DNA of 64,000 nt from a virus. Below, piece after piece: positions 40,428-50,692 of the stretch. The stretch lies in IMG/VR virus record IMGVR_UViG_3300029258_001887; one strand, 5' to 3'. The notes beneath the pieces were generated by a model. It was not told the DNA's origin, searched no databases, and saw only the letters and a list, made by a program, of their open reading frames with translations. Made by a program: the position numbers and the translations under genes. Position 1 is the first letter of the stretch, and the number at the start of each line of letters is the position of its first letter.

Positions 40428-40890
40428 TCTCTGCTTCCCTCACCTTTGCTAACCTAGTCTTTTCTCCAGTGTCAACAAAGATGGCATTCTTTTTGGGATC
40501 AATCGGTGCTTGTGGCTGTTTTGTTGCTAGCGATGCACGATGTTCCTTGAGGTTTGCAAGGCGACCACGAGTCCATCGAACAACTTTGTCTTTTGTCTTC
40601 TTGGCCACCAATGCTTTAACGCGGTATTCTTTGATAACCTGGACCAATGCTGTTTGTGTCAAGGTGTCAGACAGGTCTAGCTCTTTGCCGAGATTAGCAA
40701 CGCCCCTAACCTCTCGTTTGTACTTCGGTGCCCAGTAACTTTGATCTGACCAAAATCTAGGACCGATTTTGGGATTGGTGTTGAGGCACACCAATTCGAT
40801 GATGTAATCACGGAATGCCACATACAGCCCCGGAGTAGTTGGGGATGCGTAGGGGTGCTTTTCGCTTTGTGGTTGGTGCCTTGCTGCCAT
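40420..40890 (-). CDS. hypothetical protein
   Basis: Coupled ORF. Confidence 0.55.
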   Translation of the reverse strand: MAARHQPQSEKHPYASPTTPGLYVAFRDYIIELVCLNTNPKIGPRFWSDQSYWAPKYKREVRGVANLGKELDLSDTLTQTALVQVIKEYRVKALVAKKTKDKVVRWTRGRLANLKEHRASLATKQPQAPIDPKKNAIFVDTGEKTRLAKVREAENG

Positions 40891-41315
40891 TAACCATTCT
40901 GTATCAAAAGAAAACCAGCACTTTCCACAGTTCTTTCCTCGGTGAAAGAATGGTCAAACCTGGGTTGTCTATACCAAGCAACGTTGACCTTGCTTCCGTC
41001 GTAATAGCCTACACCGATGTAGTTGTACTGTGGGCCACCCCAAACGGCGTGTTGCTTCTGGCCGAAGAAGTATCCCTTCTGGCCCGGTGGCATCTTGATG
41101 TCTATCCCTCTTGGACCTTGGAGTCGCAGGCCAGTTATAGTAATCCCCTCGTTTGCTTCCAGCCATTGTGCAAGTCGAGCCCAGGCGTGCCTCTGGTTGG
41201 GACGATCATCTTGGATCACCGTCCGACCATCGGATAACGATGCCAAGAATCGCATCTTTGGTGTATACGGAACTGTGGTGAACGATACCAGATTGTCGTT
41301 AACTGTTTCACTCAT
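40890..41315 (-). CDS. hypothetical protein
   Basis: Coupled ORF. Confidence 0.55.
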   Translation of the reverse strand: MSETVNDNLVSFTTVPYTPKMRFLASLSDGRTVIQDDRPNQRHAWARLAQWLEANEGITITGLRLQGPRGIDIKMPPGQKGYFFGQKQHAVWGGPQYNYIGVGYYDGSKVNVAWYRQPRFDHSFTEERTVESAGFLLIQNG

Positions 41316-41646
41316 TCTCCTGTCCTTTCTTGCGGTCTCCGTAGGGAGAACGATTCAACTGTTCATCAGCCCTCATGGATTCGCTAGGGGTCATTGCGTG
41401 GACACCCTTGCCAATGTCAAGAGCCCTATTGCGATCTGTGGGCTTGACACACAGCACTCGGTCGCTCATGTTGTCGGCGACTGGCTGTTCGGGTGTTTCA
41501 GCAACATCTCCAGCCACGAATGCATCGAATTTGGCACTCGCGGTATCCAAGAAAGCTTGCCGTGTCTTGGTTGTCCTGCGACCCAAATTCACCGTTGAAC
41601 TTTCCAGGAACGCCAAAAAGTCTGCCTTGAATTCATCGAAAGTCAT
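41308..41646 (-). CDS. hypothetical protein
   Basis: Coupled ORF. Confidence 0.5.
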   Translation of the reverse strand: MTFDEFKADFLAFLESSTVNLGRRTTKTRQAFLDTASAKFDAFVAGDVAETPEQPVADNMSDRVLCVKPTDRNRALDIGKGVHAMTPSESMRADEQLNRSPYGDRKKGQENE

Positions 41647-41953
41647 TTCGAAATCTCCGTTGCGCCAAGAGGTATGGTGTCCTGTTCTTGCTGCGTAGGA
41701 AGGTGGTGTACTGCTGATAACACTCCTGGCTACATGTTCTCAGCCTCCAAAATAATCCGCCACGTTCTCTGTCCCGCTTGTGAATGTTGTCGTTGGTATC
41801 CAGTGGGTTGAACAAGTCACCGTCGTTGGAAGCGAGGACAAGATATCTCTCGCCCGACCATCGTGCCAACACATCGAAGTCTGGCTGGACACCCTTCTCT
41901 ATTTCGTGCGGTGTCCCGTTGATGTCAACGACGATTACTTTCATTTCTTCCAT
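41633..41953 (-). CDS. hypothetical protein
   Basis: Coupled ORF. Confidence 0.5.
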   Translation of the reverse strand: MEEMKVIVVDINGTPHEIEKGVQPDFDVLARWSGERYLVLASNDGDLFNPLDTNDNIHKRDRERGGLFWRLRTCSQECYQQYTTFLRSKNRTPYLLAQRRFRNDFR

Positions 41954-42273
41954 GCCTTGAACAACACGTCGGCCTCTGGGGCACCAGTATCGTCGTCTGA
42001 TATGTCAAATGCCATGTCGTCACTTGGGGCACCGGGATAGAACTGTCCTGGCACCTGCTGGACATAGGAAAAGCCATTGCACAACCCACACTTGACCGCC
42101 ACCCTGGTCAAAACCTGGGCCTGCGTATCGCCCTTGATACTCGCCAGTTGCAGACACAACAGAGTTGTGCCGCAGTCGGCGCAATCAAGATTCACGATTC
42201 CCTCGTTTGCCAAACCCTTCAGTTCTCGGTCACGGCCATCGGTCTGTCCAGTGCGAATTTCCGACTTGTCCAT
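41941..42273 (-). CDS. hypothetical zinc-ribbon protein
   Basis: CADC...CGLC. Confidence 0.55.
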   Translation of the reverse strand: MDKSEIRTGQTDGRDRELKGLANEGIVNLDCADCGTTLLCLQLASIKGDTQAQVLTRVAVKCGLCNGFSYVQQVPGQFYPGAPSDDMAFDISDDDTGAPEADVLFKAWKK

Positions 42274-42614
42274 CAGTCCACCCTTCCTTCCTTAATGTAT
42301 CTCTCTGGATTTTTCAGCACATCTTTGTTGACTGGGCCATCTCTCCAGGGAGGCATCTCACCTTTATTCTTTCCCTCGCCAAGCCTATCAACTTTCTTGG
42401 GGGTCATACGCTGCTTCTTTGTTGTCCCGCCGCCCCTGTTGCCACGACACGGCGTTTCTGTCCCCTTGATGATGACAGCAGCACCACAGCAGATCAGCTT
42501 GACCAACTTTGGTTCGTGGCACTCAGGGCATTCTACGAGCGGTTCCGCCGACATGGCGTGAAACGCCTCAAACCCATGACCACACGCTTCGCACTCGTAT
42601 TCGTAGGTCGGCAT
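42273..42614 (-). CDS. FmdB-family zinc ribbon protein
   Basis: MPTYEYECEACGH.FE...CPEC. Confidence 0.85.
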   Translation of the reverse strand: MPTYEYECEACGHGFEAFHAMSAEPLVECPECHEPKLVKLICCGAAVIIKGTETPCRGNRGGGTTKKQRMTPKKVDRLGEGKNKGEMPPWRDGPVNKDVLKNPERYIKEGRVD

Positions 42615-42619
42615 ACCTT

Positions 42620-42648
42620 ATTATACCTCCGAACGTGGCTTTTGTTCC
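42620..42648 (-). promoter_or_regulatory. phage promoter GGAAC-N18-TATAAT upstream of FmdB-like gene
   Basis: GGAAC AAAAGCCACGTTCGGA GG TATAAT AAGGT ATG. Confidence 0.8.
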
Positions 42649-43202
42649 GCGAAAGTTCCTTTTTTCTTAGCAAAGTATCCAAGATTTTGACGGTCCTTCT
42701 CGGTGAACGGACCACCGTTGGATACCTCGGCCTTCAGTTGCTCTTTAATGGCCTGTACAGCTTCCGGTGAACGTTTTCCAACCTTCTGAACCGCACAGGT
42801 TAAGAGGGTAAGCAGATTGCCACGCTTCATGAACGCTCGGACCAGCAGGAAACCAGCCCCAATGAAGATCAGGGCCATCACCCCAGTTCCAGCCACAACC
42901 CAACCAGCACCACCGTAATTGATAGTATCCGCCTGCACGCTTTTTCTCCAGACGGACAATTCCTCAGCAAGCTGCGTCGTCTGCTCAATCTTGTTGTTGA
43001 TTTCGTCTACCTGATCGGCTACTACAGTGTTGTCGGCTTTCTGGTCAACGATCTTCTCAAGCTGCCCCATATCATTACGGATACCCTGAATCTCCGTCTT
43101 GACGGCTTCGGGTGCTACGCACCCTGGCATGACGCAAAAGAGTAGGGCTAGGATCGCCGCCGCAAGTCCTTGCGATGCTGTTTTCGTTTTTGCTTGGAAC
43201 AT
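42621..43202 (-). CDS. putative lipoprotein/membrane protein with coiled coil
   Basis: Signal-like helix ending MPGC; coiled coil; second hydrophobic helix. Confidence 0.55.
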   Translation of the reverse strand: MFQAKTKTASQGLAAAILALLFCVMPGCVAPEAVKTEIQGIRNDMGQLEKIVDQKADNTVVADQVDEINNKIEQTTQLAEELSVWRKSVQADTINYGGAGWVVAGTGVMALIFIGAGFLLVRAFMKRGNLLTLLTCAVQKVGKRSPEAVQAIKEQLKAEVSNGGPFTEKDRQNLGYFAKKKGTFAEQKPRSEV

Positions 43203-43606
43203 TTTCCATTTCTCCTTTCAAACACCTCGTTTACCAAGGCATCTGCTCGTTTATTGTCTTTACGAGGCACCCACTTGATCGTGTGGTCTTCTAGTTGCTC
43301 TAACAACTCCAATACACGATCTCTATGTCTCTTGAGTTCTGGTTTGTTGACCTTGAACACCTTGGTAACTTGCTTCACAACAAGCTGGCTATCTCCAATG
43401 ATATGCAGGATGTCGGCTCCAGCCTTGAGACTACCTTGTAGACCAGCTATCAACGCACGATATTCGGCGATGTTGGACGTGCCTGTACCGCACGTCCTAT
43501 GACCAGATGCTATTACTTCTGTTTCGTTTTCCGAATCAACAAGTAACCAGCCATACCCCATTACCCCTTGTCTTATACCCCCATCGAAATAAAGTGTTGC
43601 TTCCAT
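43148..43606 (-). CDS. rnhA: ribonuclease HI
   Basis: LYFDG, SNIAEYRAL, GDSQLV, WVPR..N..AD. Confidence 0.9.
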   Translation of the reverse strand: MEATLYFDGGIRQGVMGYGWLLVDSENETEVIASGHRTCGTGTSNIAEYRALIAGLQGSLKAGADILHIIGDSQLVVKQVTKVFKVNKPELKRHRDRVLELLEQLEDHTIKWVPRKDNKRADALVNEVFERRNGKCSKQKRKQHRKDLRRRS

Positions 43607-44124
43607 TAAATATCACCCTTCGTCGAAATCCATTTTTTTCTGTTAACAATATCACTTATGTGAGATTGATGTACTCCAAACTTTGTAGCGATTTGTTGTT
43701 GTGTATATGTGCCACTAGAATAGAGTTGTCGTATACAAATTGCCTGTTTGGGAGATAATTTTCTTTGCCCACTTTTCCATGATGTGCCATAGACAATTTT
43801 ATCATGCTCATTACTAGATTGTGTTCCCCATCTTAAATTATCAGCAGCATCATTTGTTCGTACCCCATCCTTATGGCATACTTGTCCATTGGGGGGTCTA
43901 ACACCGTGAAAAGCTTCACAGACTAATGATGCAATTGTTTTAGGCTTTTTCTTTAACATAATTTTGCGATAGCCGGTATGTTTTTTGTCAATTTGTGGTT
44001 TCATTAAATGCCATTTATTACTTATGTGGCTATTTTTACCTCTTGTCCAGTATGATCTAATATTGCCAAGACTAGATACTTGATATCCTGGAAAACCAAC
44101 CACATTTTTCCATTGTTCGGTCAA
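43606..44124 (-). CDS. NUMOD4-HNH homing endonuclease
   Basis: WKNVVGFPGYQVSSLG, HKDG...NLRWGT, C-terminal HTH; AT-rich. Confidence 0.9.
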   Translation of the reverse strand: MTEQWKNVVGFPGYQVSSLGNIRSYWTRGKNSHISNKWHLMKPQIDKKHTGYRKIMLKKKPKTIASLVCEAFHGVRPPNGQVCHKDGVRTNDAADNLRWGTQSSNEHDKIVYGTSWKSGQRKLSPKQAICIRQLYSSGTYTQQQIATKFGVHQSHISDIVNRKKWISTKGDI

Positions 44125-45077
44125 AACGGAGTTTCCCCCTCTCCGACTTCAGTCTTTGCACCTTCACACATATCTCTGAAGAAACATCTCGTACACGCAT
44201 GTTCGTTGTCAGTCCTCTGGAAATAAGCTGGATTGTCTTTGTTTTCGAACGCCTCAGTGAGCAGCGGATATTCACTGCGGATGATACCCGCTTGTCTTTT
44301 CATGTGCTGCATGGTCACATCCAGATGCGGGGTTGCCCGTTCTCCAAGGTCTGCGTAGGCTGCTAGATACACAGGAATGATCACGATATCATCCGGCTTC
44401 TTTGCCCATCCTTGCTTCAATGCGTACATGGCATAGGTTGTGAGTTGGTCTATTACCGAATCACTCACTTTGCCAGTTTTCCAATCCAGCAGATATATCT
44501 TGCCTTGGTATCTGAACCCGCAGTCTATCTTTACCGTTACTTCTTCACCGGTATCAAATGTAAACTTCTGGAAATCCTCGATGGTCAGCCAATCTTCTTT
44601 CTTGAGTTCTTGCATGATTTTGAATAGTGGCATATCATAGAATGCCTTTAGCGATCTCAGAACCTTCTGTTTGTATGAATCTAATCGGGCTGGGTCTATC
44701 TCTTCCTGATAGAAATGTTCTGCTAGGTTCACACTCTGCTTAGGGCTTACTTCCCACCTGCGATCCTTTGACTGCTTCCAGCCCTTCCGAAGTCTTTGAA
44801 TGGCATCTTCTTGCGATTCCTTTAGTGTTTTCCATTCACCGGTTTCTCTGCCGGATTTGATGATTTCTTCTATTACGTCGTGGACCACGGAACCCACAAA
44901 CATGGGGAGATTTGTCATGTTCTTGAGCATATAAGCTCGACGTTTCTCTTGGGGTGCAGAATTCAACCATCCAAGCCAGGCCAGAAAATAAGTCAGATAG
45001 TATTTCCATCCACATTCACGCAAGCATTTGACCCTTGATTCACTCCACGCATAAGTCTGTTTTATTTCACTCATCAT
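44121..45077 (-). CDS. PD-(D/E)XK nuclease
   Basis: WSESR, GSVVH, KID, LLDWKTG, QL..Y, CTRC...C. Confidence 0.8.
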   Translation of the reverse strand: MMSEIKQTYAWSESRVKCLRECGWKYYLTYFLAWLGWLNSAPQEKRRAYMLKNMTNLPMFVGSVVHDVIEEIIKSGRETGEWKTLKESQEDAIQRLRKGWKQSKDRRWEVSPKQSVNLAEHFYQEEIDPARLDSYKQKVLRSLKAFYDMPLFKIMQELKKEDWLTIEDFQKFTFDTGEEVTVKIDCGFRYQGKIYLLDWKTGKVSDSVIDQLTTYAMYALKQGWAKKPDDIVIIPVYLAAYADLGERATPHLDVTMQHMKRQAGIIRSEYPLLTEAFENKDNPAYFQRTDNEHACTRCFFRDMCEGAKTEVGEGETPF

Positions 45078-45627
45078 TGTGACCTTTCCACAGCTTACGT
45101 CGCTTGATGGCACTAATGGTAGATTGAACAACATTAAATTTTCTGGCTATAGACACCTGGGTATGCGTCTTCAAAAGTTTCCTGATTTCAGTTACGTCTC
45201 TAGCCGTCAATTTGCTACAACCATGTTCTTCTCCGCTCGCAGGATTCTTGGGGCACACTGATCTTCCGTGTCTGACAATATCTGCTTTATTATCAAGATT
45301 GTCCCCCCACGCAAGATTACCAACATGATTATTATGTGGATTGCCATCCAAGTGTCTTATCTCCGGTTTTCCAACGGGTGGAGGACCTATAAAAGCTCTA
45401 GCGACCAGACGATGAATTCGTTTATTTACCTTATGGTTAAACCCATCGTACATAGATACCATTAAATATCCCTTTGAGGTTTTCCATGGACGGAGAATAC
45501 GACCCACAACTGCACCACCATAACGGCCTATCCTTCGGACTCTGCCGCAATCCGAAACTTCATATATGCCCTCGTATCCCACTACTGGCTTCCAAGTTTC
45601 CCTAGTCACCTTTTTGCAACCTTTCAC
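45067..45627 (-). CDS. NUMOD4-HNH homing endonuclease
   Basis: WKPVVGYEGIYEVS, IHRLVA, HLDGN..NN...NL.W. Confidence 0.9.
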   Translation of the reverse strand: MKGCKKVTRETWKPVVGYEGIYEVSDCGRVRRIGRYGGAVVGRILRPWKTSKGYLMVSMYDGFNHKVNKRIHRLVARAFIGPPPVGKPEIRHLDGNPHNNHVGNLAWGDNLDNKADIVRHGRSVCPKNPASGEEHGCSKLTARDVTEIRKLLKTHTQVSIARKFNVVQSTISAIKRRKLWKGHNDE

Positions 45628-46795
45628 CGATACCGTCTCTGTTGATGTAATATGTTCTGTCCCAAAATGGGAAGAATTCTGGTGAAAAACGAGTGATGCT
45701 TCCCTTGATATCCTGTTGCAAGGTTACGATACAGAATCCAACGTGGGCCGCTAGTTTTCGCTTACGCATAAACCGCGTTTGATCCTGAGTGCAACCAGCC
45801 TGAACACAGTGGACGTTGCGGGGGAAGCAATACTCCTGCTTGTGGTAGTGGCCTATGATGCAAACCGCTGGCTTCTCTCCACCCTGGAACGACTCGACCA
45901 GCTTTTGGCTGGCGTATGAAAACGCATACGAGCTACCACCTCCAGCGTGAATCACCTTGACGATGGCTTTCCCTTGCGGTGCCCTCAGTTCAAAGTCGGC
46001 CTCCATATAGCCCATATAGATCAAGTCGTTGCGACCCTGCGCCTGAGCTTCTAGCATGAGGAAGCGACCAAATTCGATTCCTTCCCTCTGTTGGAACCAA
46101 CCTTCGTGATCGTCGCCGTCAACGAAGTAGGTGTTGATTCCTGGACGCGAAGGCCAATTGTCGATAGCATACTGGCACTGGTCGGCAATGCCGTGGGCCA
46201 GAAGTTCATGTGTGTTGAAACGGCATTCGCCGTCGATATAGTTGCCTGGGCAGAAGACAGTCGTGATGCCTCTTTTGGCAAACTCATCGTATGCTGCGTT
46301 GAGGACATCTAGTCTTTCTGCCTTGCTGCATAGGTGCATGTCGGCAACTACGCCGAATGAGATCGGCTTATCGTGGAAGTGATTTTCAAAAATAATACCC
46401 TGACCAGCTTGCTCTGCGGATTTGCCAAGCTGGATGGAACTGCCTCGCCGCATGATGATGTAGCCGCGCTCTTCCATGTCCTGGATAACCGCCAGCACAT
46501 CTTCCTCGGTCGAATGCATCTGCTCAGCGACCTTGGCTGCCGTTGTCTGCTTCTTGATCCGCCTTGCCACCTCTGACCTAAACAACGGATCACCTGGATC
46601 AATGCCGACCTGGGGGATTCCAGCCATAATGGTTTCTGCCTGAGTGATCAGCTTCCTGGCCTTCCAGATCGTTACCCCCAGTTCCTTCGCCACTTCTTCC
46701 CGAAGTGTCCCAGTGCTGCCTGCTCGGTTATGTAGTCGAATGAGCCTGATTACTTCCTGAGTCTGTTCGTCTAGTTGGGGCTTCGCATTAGCCAT
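45602..46795 (-). CDS. calcineurin-like metallophosphoesterase with N-terminal HTH
   Basis: ADMH, GNYIDG, GDDHE, IH, GHYH. Confidence 0.8.
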   Translation of the reverse strand: MANAKPQLDEQTQEVIRLIRLHNRAGSTGTLREEVAKELGVTIWKARKLITQAETIMAGIPQVGIDPGDPLFRSEVARRIKKQTTAAKVAEQMHSTEEDVLAVIQDMEERGYIIMRRGSSIQLGKSAEQAGQGIIFENHFHDKPISFGVVADMHLCSKAERLDVLNAAYDEFAKRGITTVFCPGNYIDGECRFNTHELLAHGIADQCQYAIDNWPSRPGINTYFVDGDDHEGWFQQREGIEFGRFLMLEAQAQGRNDLIYMGYMEADFELRAPQGKAIVKVIHAGGGSSYAFSYASQKLVESFQGGEKPAVCIIGHYHKQEYCFPRNVHCVQAGCTQDQTRFMRKRKLAAHVGFCIVTLQQDIKGSITRFSPEFFPFWDRTYYINRDGIGERLQKGD

Positions 46796-48577
46796 TTAGC
46801 TACCACCTTTCGTTATCTCACACACACCACTCGGGCAATCGTTAACCGCCGCTTCCTCTTCCATTTGTCCCAAGTGTTGTTTTGCTTCCGCTAAGGGCAA
46901 CGGGATCAATGGTGACTCGCCCTTGCTGCCATCCCGGTACACTGTGATTCCCTTGAGTTCTGCTATGTACTGTCTCATCTCCTGAGACAATTGATCGACA
47001 GAATAATCTGTTGGAAGATTGATTGTCTTGGATATAGAATTATCGATATGTCTCTGGCATACCGCCTGCATGGCCAGATGTGCGCCTGGTTCTATGTCGT
47101 GGGCACCCTGGAAGTGTTTGGTTGATCTCTTGGCTTCCAAGAACCGCTTCAGTAGCGGATGAACAACCACCTCGACAGCCCTGTCTCTTTCCTCGTCCTT
47201 ATGCATATCTTTGTGCTTATTGAATCGCCTCTCGTAAACTGGTTGGAATAGCGGCTCAATACCTGATGAGCAACCTGCCACGATTGATATTGTTCCGGTG
47301 GGTGCGATTGTTAACAAAGCACAATTACGAATACCATGTTCTCTGATCAGCCGATGATGCCTGCGGGGCAGGCACTTTTTTACGAATCCTGTTTTGACGT
47401 GCTGATCTATATCGAATGCATGGAATGGACCCTTCTCTATCGCCAAAGTGATGCTTGCATGGTAGGCTTGTTTCTTGACAAAATCCATCACCTTGTCTAC
47501 GATTTCTCTCGCATCTTCGCTCGAATACTTCAGACCCAATTCTAGCAGCATATCGTGGAGCCCCATTACACCGAGACCGATTCGACGATACTTCTGGCAG
47601 GTTTCCTGAATAATTGACATCGGATAGTTATTCTGGTCGAGCACGTCATCCAGGAACCTTACACTCATCGCCACGGTTTCTTCGAGTAAATCCCAGTCTA
47701 TCTTTCCATCGATTATATGGGTATGAAGATTGACCGCACCAAGGCAGCAACAATCATACGGTGGCATCCAAATCTCACCACACGGATTGGTGCTTACCAG
47801 ATCATGGCGGTAAGAAATGGTGTTCATGGCATTAGCAAGACCGATGTTCAACACCCCTGGGTCTCCACTCTCCCACGCATTGTGGACAATCTTATCCCAG
47901 ATGTCTTTCGCTGCAATCCTGCCACGCTCTTCGCCTTGCCATCTGAATACCACCTCATCTTCTTCGTCGAGCAACTTCAGAAAGGCGTCATCGATACAAA
48001 CAGATATGTTGGCGTTATTGAGTTCCCCTTTGTCTAGTTTCGCTTCTAGGAATTCCATAAGGTCTGGGTGATCGTAGCGGAGACAAAACATTAGCGCCGA
48101 TCTACGACCGCCGCCCTCACGCAATTCATTGCAGACAGCGTTGATGGCTCGCATGAGACTAACCGCGCCGGTAGCTTCACCGCCAGTACTACGGATGAGA
48201 CTACCTCTTGGACGTACTCGTGAAAAGTTAATCCCGACACCGCCACCGGTACCGGAGATAATTGTAACTGCTCGTAGTGCATCGCCCCACCCCTCTCTGG
48301 AATCCAGGTCGTCCGTCCACACAAAACAGTTCAACATCTGCCCTCTTGGTCGTCCTGCCCCACGCCATATTCGTCCACCAGGAGAGAAACGATTTGTTTG
48401 CAAAATCTCCAGAAATCTGGTAAAGTATTCGTCACGTTTCGTCCCCATCTCGGCATCCGAAATTGATCTTGCGACCCGCTCACAAGCTTGTCCGAATGTT
48501 TCTTCTACGTGAATAGCATATCTATCCTGAAAAATTTGCAAAGCAAATCCCTCTGGATTGTATACTGGCACACTCAC
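46796..48577 (-). CDS. nrdJ: class II (B12-dependent) ribonucleotide reductase
   Basis: NCF, GGGVG, TNPCGE, CCLG, RRIGLG, APTGT, SKTIN; C-terminal CxxxxC; no NrdB in the window. Confidence 0.88.
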   Translation of the reverse strand: MSVPVYNPEGFALQIFQDRYAIHVEETFGQACERVARSISDAEMGTKRDEYFTRFLEILQTNRFSPGGRIWRGAGRPRGQMLNCFVWTDDLDSREGWGDALRAVTIISGTGGGVGINFSRVRPRGSLIRSTGGEATGAVSLMRAINAVCNELREGGGRRSALMFCLRYDHPDLMEFLEAKLDKGELNNANISVCIDDAFLKLLDEEDEVVFRWQGEERGRIAAKDIWDKIVHNAWESGDPGVLNIGLANAMNTISYRHDLVSTNPCGEIWMPPYDCCCLGAVNLHTHIIDGKIDWDLLEETVAMSVRFLDDVLDQNNYPMSIIQETCQKYRRIGLGVMGLHDMLLELGLKYSSEDAREIVDKVMDFVKKQAYHASITLAIEKGPFHAFDIDQHVKTGFVKKCLPRRHHRLIREHGIRNCALLTIAPTGTISIVAGCSSGIEPLFQPVYERRFNKHKDMHKDEERDRAVEVVVHPLLKRFLEAKRSTKHFQGAHDIEPGAHLAMQAVCQRHIDNSISKTINLPTDYSVDQLSQEMRQYIAELKGITVYRDGSKGESPLIPLPLAEAKQHLGQMEEEAAVNDCPSGVCEITKGGS

Positions 48578-49212
48578 GAAACCTCTCCCCCTTTTATTTG
48601 CATACTCCCGGCCCCACCGGGAGCTTCAAACGTTGGCTGATCTGTGCCGGGTTGTTGTGCAAGATATGACGCGACCAATTTCCTGAACGGCTCTATGAAA
48701 TGGCTACGATATTGTTGTTGGGCAGCATATGAACGAGAATCGGCGATTCGCAAAGCGAACCAATTGTCGATATTGGTTGGGCCTACCTCCGCTATGAATT
48801 TGCGTATTGTTTTTTCTTTGGCGGCGATACTAACATCATACATATGCATTGTAACCAGACGGACCACCTTGTCTATTAAATCAGGTGATGCTTGCCACTC
48901 AGCCAGCTTGATTTCTGCGATGTTTGCAGATTCTATGGCGTGGCCTGGGAAGCGAGGCAGGGAAGGATCATCCATTGGTTGTACGCAGCATTTGCCAAGG
49001 TCATGGAACAGGCCCGACAACAAAGTGATGGGGTTCTTGGGCGTAACCAAGTCGATGACAGACATCGTGTGTTCCCAAACCGATTGGCCATTCCGTTGCA
49101 TAATCAGACGGCTAGCCTCTAATTCTGGAAACTCCCCATCCGGGGTAGCCCAGTAATCACTCGGCAAGCCTGAAGCTTGCATCCCACGGATGACTTCATC
49201 TACTTTGCTCAT
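48574..49212 (-). CDS. stand-alone HD-domain protein (CCA-adding-enzyme HD-like)
   Basis: FPEL, VWEHT, LFHDLGK, FPGH, LV..HM. Confidence 0.75.
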   Translation of the reverse strand: MSKVDEVIRGMQASGLPSDYWATPDGEFPELEASRLIMQRNGQSVWEHTMSVIDLVTPKNPITLLSGLFHDLGKCCVQPMDDPSLPRFPGHAIESANIAEIKLAEWQASPDLIDKVVRLVTMHMYDVSIAAKEKTIRKFIAEVGPTNIDNWFALRIADSRSYAAQQQYRSHFIEPFRKLVASYLAQQPGTDQPTFEAPGGAGSMQIKGGEVS

Positions 49213-50096
49213 GGACAGGTTACCGCATTTTGGTCAATGAAATCCCTTGCGACTCCGACCGAAATTGCGTGTGCTAGGTGCGGAACAATCTGGCCATTAC
49301 AAGCTATAGCGACACGGAACGGAATACCTATCATATAATAGTGGCCATCGTATTTCTTAAACAATCCACCCCCACTTGATCCTGGAGTGATTTGTGCCGT
49401 GTTGCCGTAAATGACCCATTCCTTTTCCCCATTGTTGCCAGTGATGATTTGTGATATAATGCCGGTAGTTGGTGATGGAGCATTACCAAGTTGGCAGCCA
49501 ATTGCGAAGATTTCATCGAAGACACGTACCTGGCTGAGCATATCGTCGTCTGCGATTTTAGCAACGGAGAACTCGTGTTTCGAACGAAAAGATAATAGTG
49601 CCAAATCATACCGCATGTCTTCGGCGATCACTGTCGCATTGTGTGGGAACCAATCTCGTTCTGTGTGGTTAAAGGCAATGACGCCGCAACCAGTATCGAT
49701 CCTTTCGGACTTTACCTTGCCGGTAATTGAATCAACCCCACGCAAAATAGTAATGAATCTACTGTAGGTGACATGGGCGTTGGTGAGTACCAGATACTCA
49801 CACAATCCATCTGTATCCGTTTCAAGGCGATCGATAATGGTCCCCGAACCACTGCCTTGGCGAGTCTGCACGAAAACCGTGGTGTCTCGCATTTCCCTCT
49901 GTTTCAGTTCAATCTCATCGACTACTGGTGGTAGAACCTTCTTCTCTGTTGTTTCTTCAACTGTTACCTCTGCCGCCTCGACTACTGTGGTTTCTTGTGT
50001 ATGATTTTCACCACTCCAGTTCGGGGTCATGGCTACCATACCGATACAGAAAAAAAACATCACGATTGAGACGAAGCAGGCGTTCCATTTACACAT
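49209..50096 (-). CDS. trypsin-like serine protease with N-terminal membrane anchor
   Basis: GSGSG, LTNAHV, DLALL, PGSSGGGL. Confidence 0.88.
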   Translation of the reverse strand: MCKWNACFVSIVMFFFCIGMVAMTPNWSGENHTQETTVVEAAEVTVEETTEKKVLPPVVDEIELKQREMRDTTVFVQTRQGSGSGTIIDRLETDTDGLCEYLVLTNAHVTYSRFITILRGVDSITGKVKSERIDTGCGVIAFNHTERDWFPHNATVIAEDMRYDLALLSFRSKHEFSVAKIADDDMLSQVRVFDEIFAIGCQLGNAPSPTTGIISQIITGNNGEKEWVIYGNTAQITPGSSGGGLFKKYDGHYYMIGIPFRVAIACNGQIVPHLAHAISVGVARDFIDQNAVTCP

Positions 50097-50115
50097 AACT
50101 CTAACTCCCCTCGGG

Positions 50116-50155
50116 AAAAGAAAGCGGGGTGACCCCCGACCGAGAGCCACCCCAC
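50116..50155 (-). terminator. Rho-independent terminator
   Basis: GTGGGGTGGCTCTC-GGTC-GGGGGTCACCCCGC followed by TTTCTTTT. Confidence 0.7.
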
Positions 50156-50168
50156 ACGTTTTGTCGCA

Positions 50169-50618
50169 TTATCCGGCGAATTCTTCCACGGCTTCGAGTG
50201 CGCCCTCGATAGCCGATGATATCAGGGCTGCGATCAATTCCTGGTCCTCTGTGATATTAAGTTCCGCCGATCGGAGATATCGCTCAATCACATCGATGAT
50301 GGTTAAACCGTAGACTTGATACTTCTGTGGGAGCTTTACACTCACCAGATTCCTCGCGCCAGTAAAGTCTGGCTGACCGGGCACCGCCAAAAGGTCTCTC
50401 AGGGCCACCAAGTACCCCTTGACAACCTCCACATCCTCCGCTGGCATCTTCGCCTCGGTCAAGGCGATTCGAGTCGCCAGCTTGGAGAACATATTGATGT
50501 CGGCCTTTAGTCGAGGAACATTGTCCTGCCACCTGCCGCCGCCACCGAACGTAGCACAACCCGTCATAGGTAGCGATATCGCCACCAACAATACCGAAAC
50601 GATCCACCACTTGCTCAT
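50169..50618 (-). CDS. putative lipoprotein
   Basis: Signal peptide with lipobox-like MTGC. Confidence 0.6.
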   Translation of the reverse strand: MSKWWIVSVLLVAISLPMTGCATFGGGGRWQDNVPRLKADINMFSKLATRIALTEAKMPAEDVEVVKGYLVALRDLLAVPGQPDFTGARNLVSVKLPQKYQVYGLTIIDVIERYLRSAELNITEDQELIAALISSAIEGALEAVEEFAG

Positions 50619-50692
50619 TTTTCCACCTTCCTATTCATCAGGAGACCAACAGACCCGTTAAAGGTTTATACACCGTGGACCGATCACTCTGA

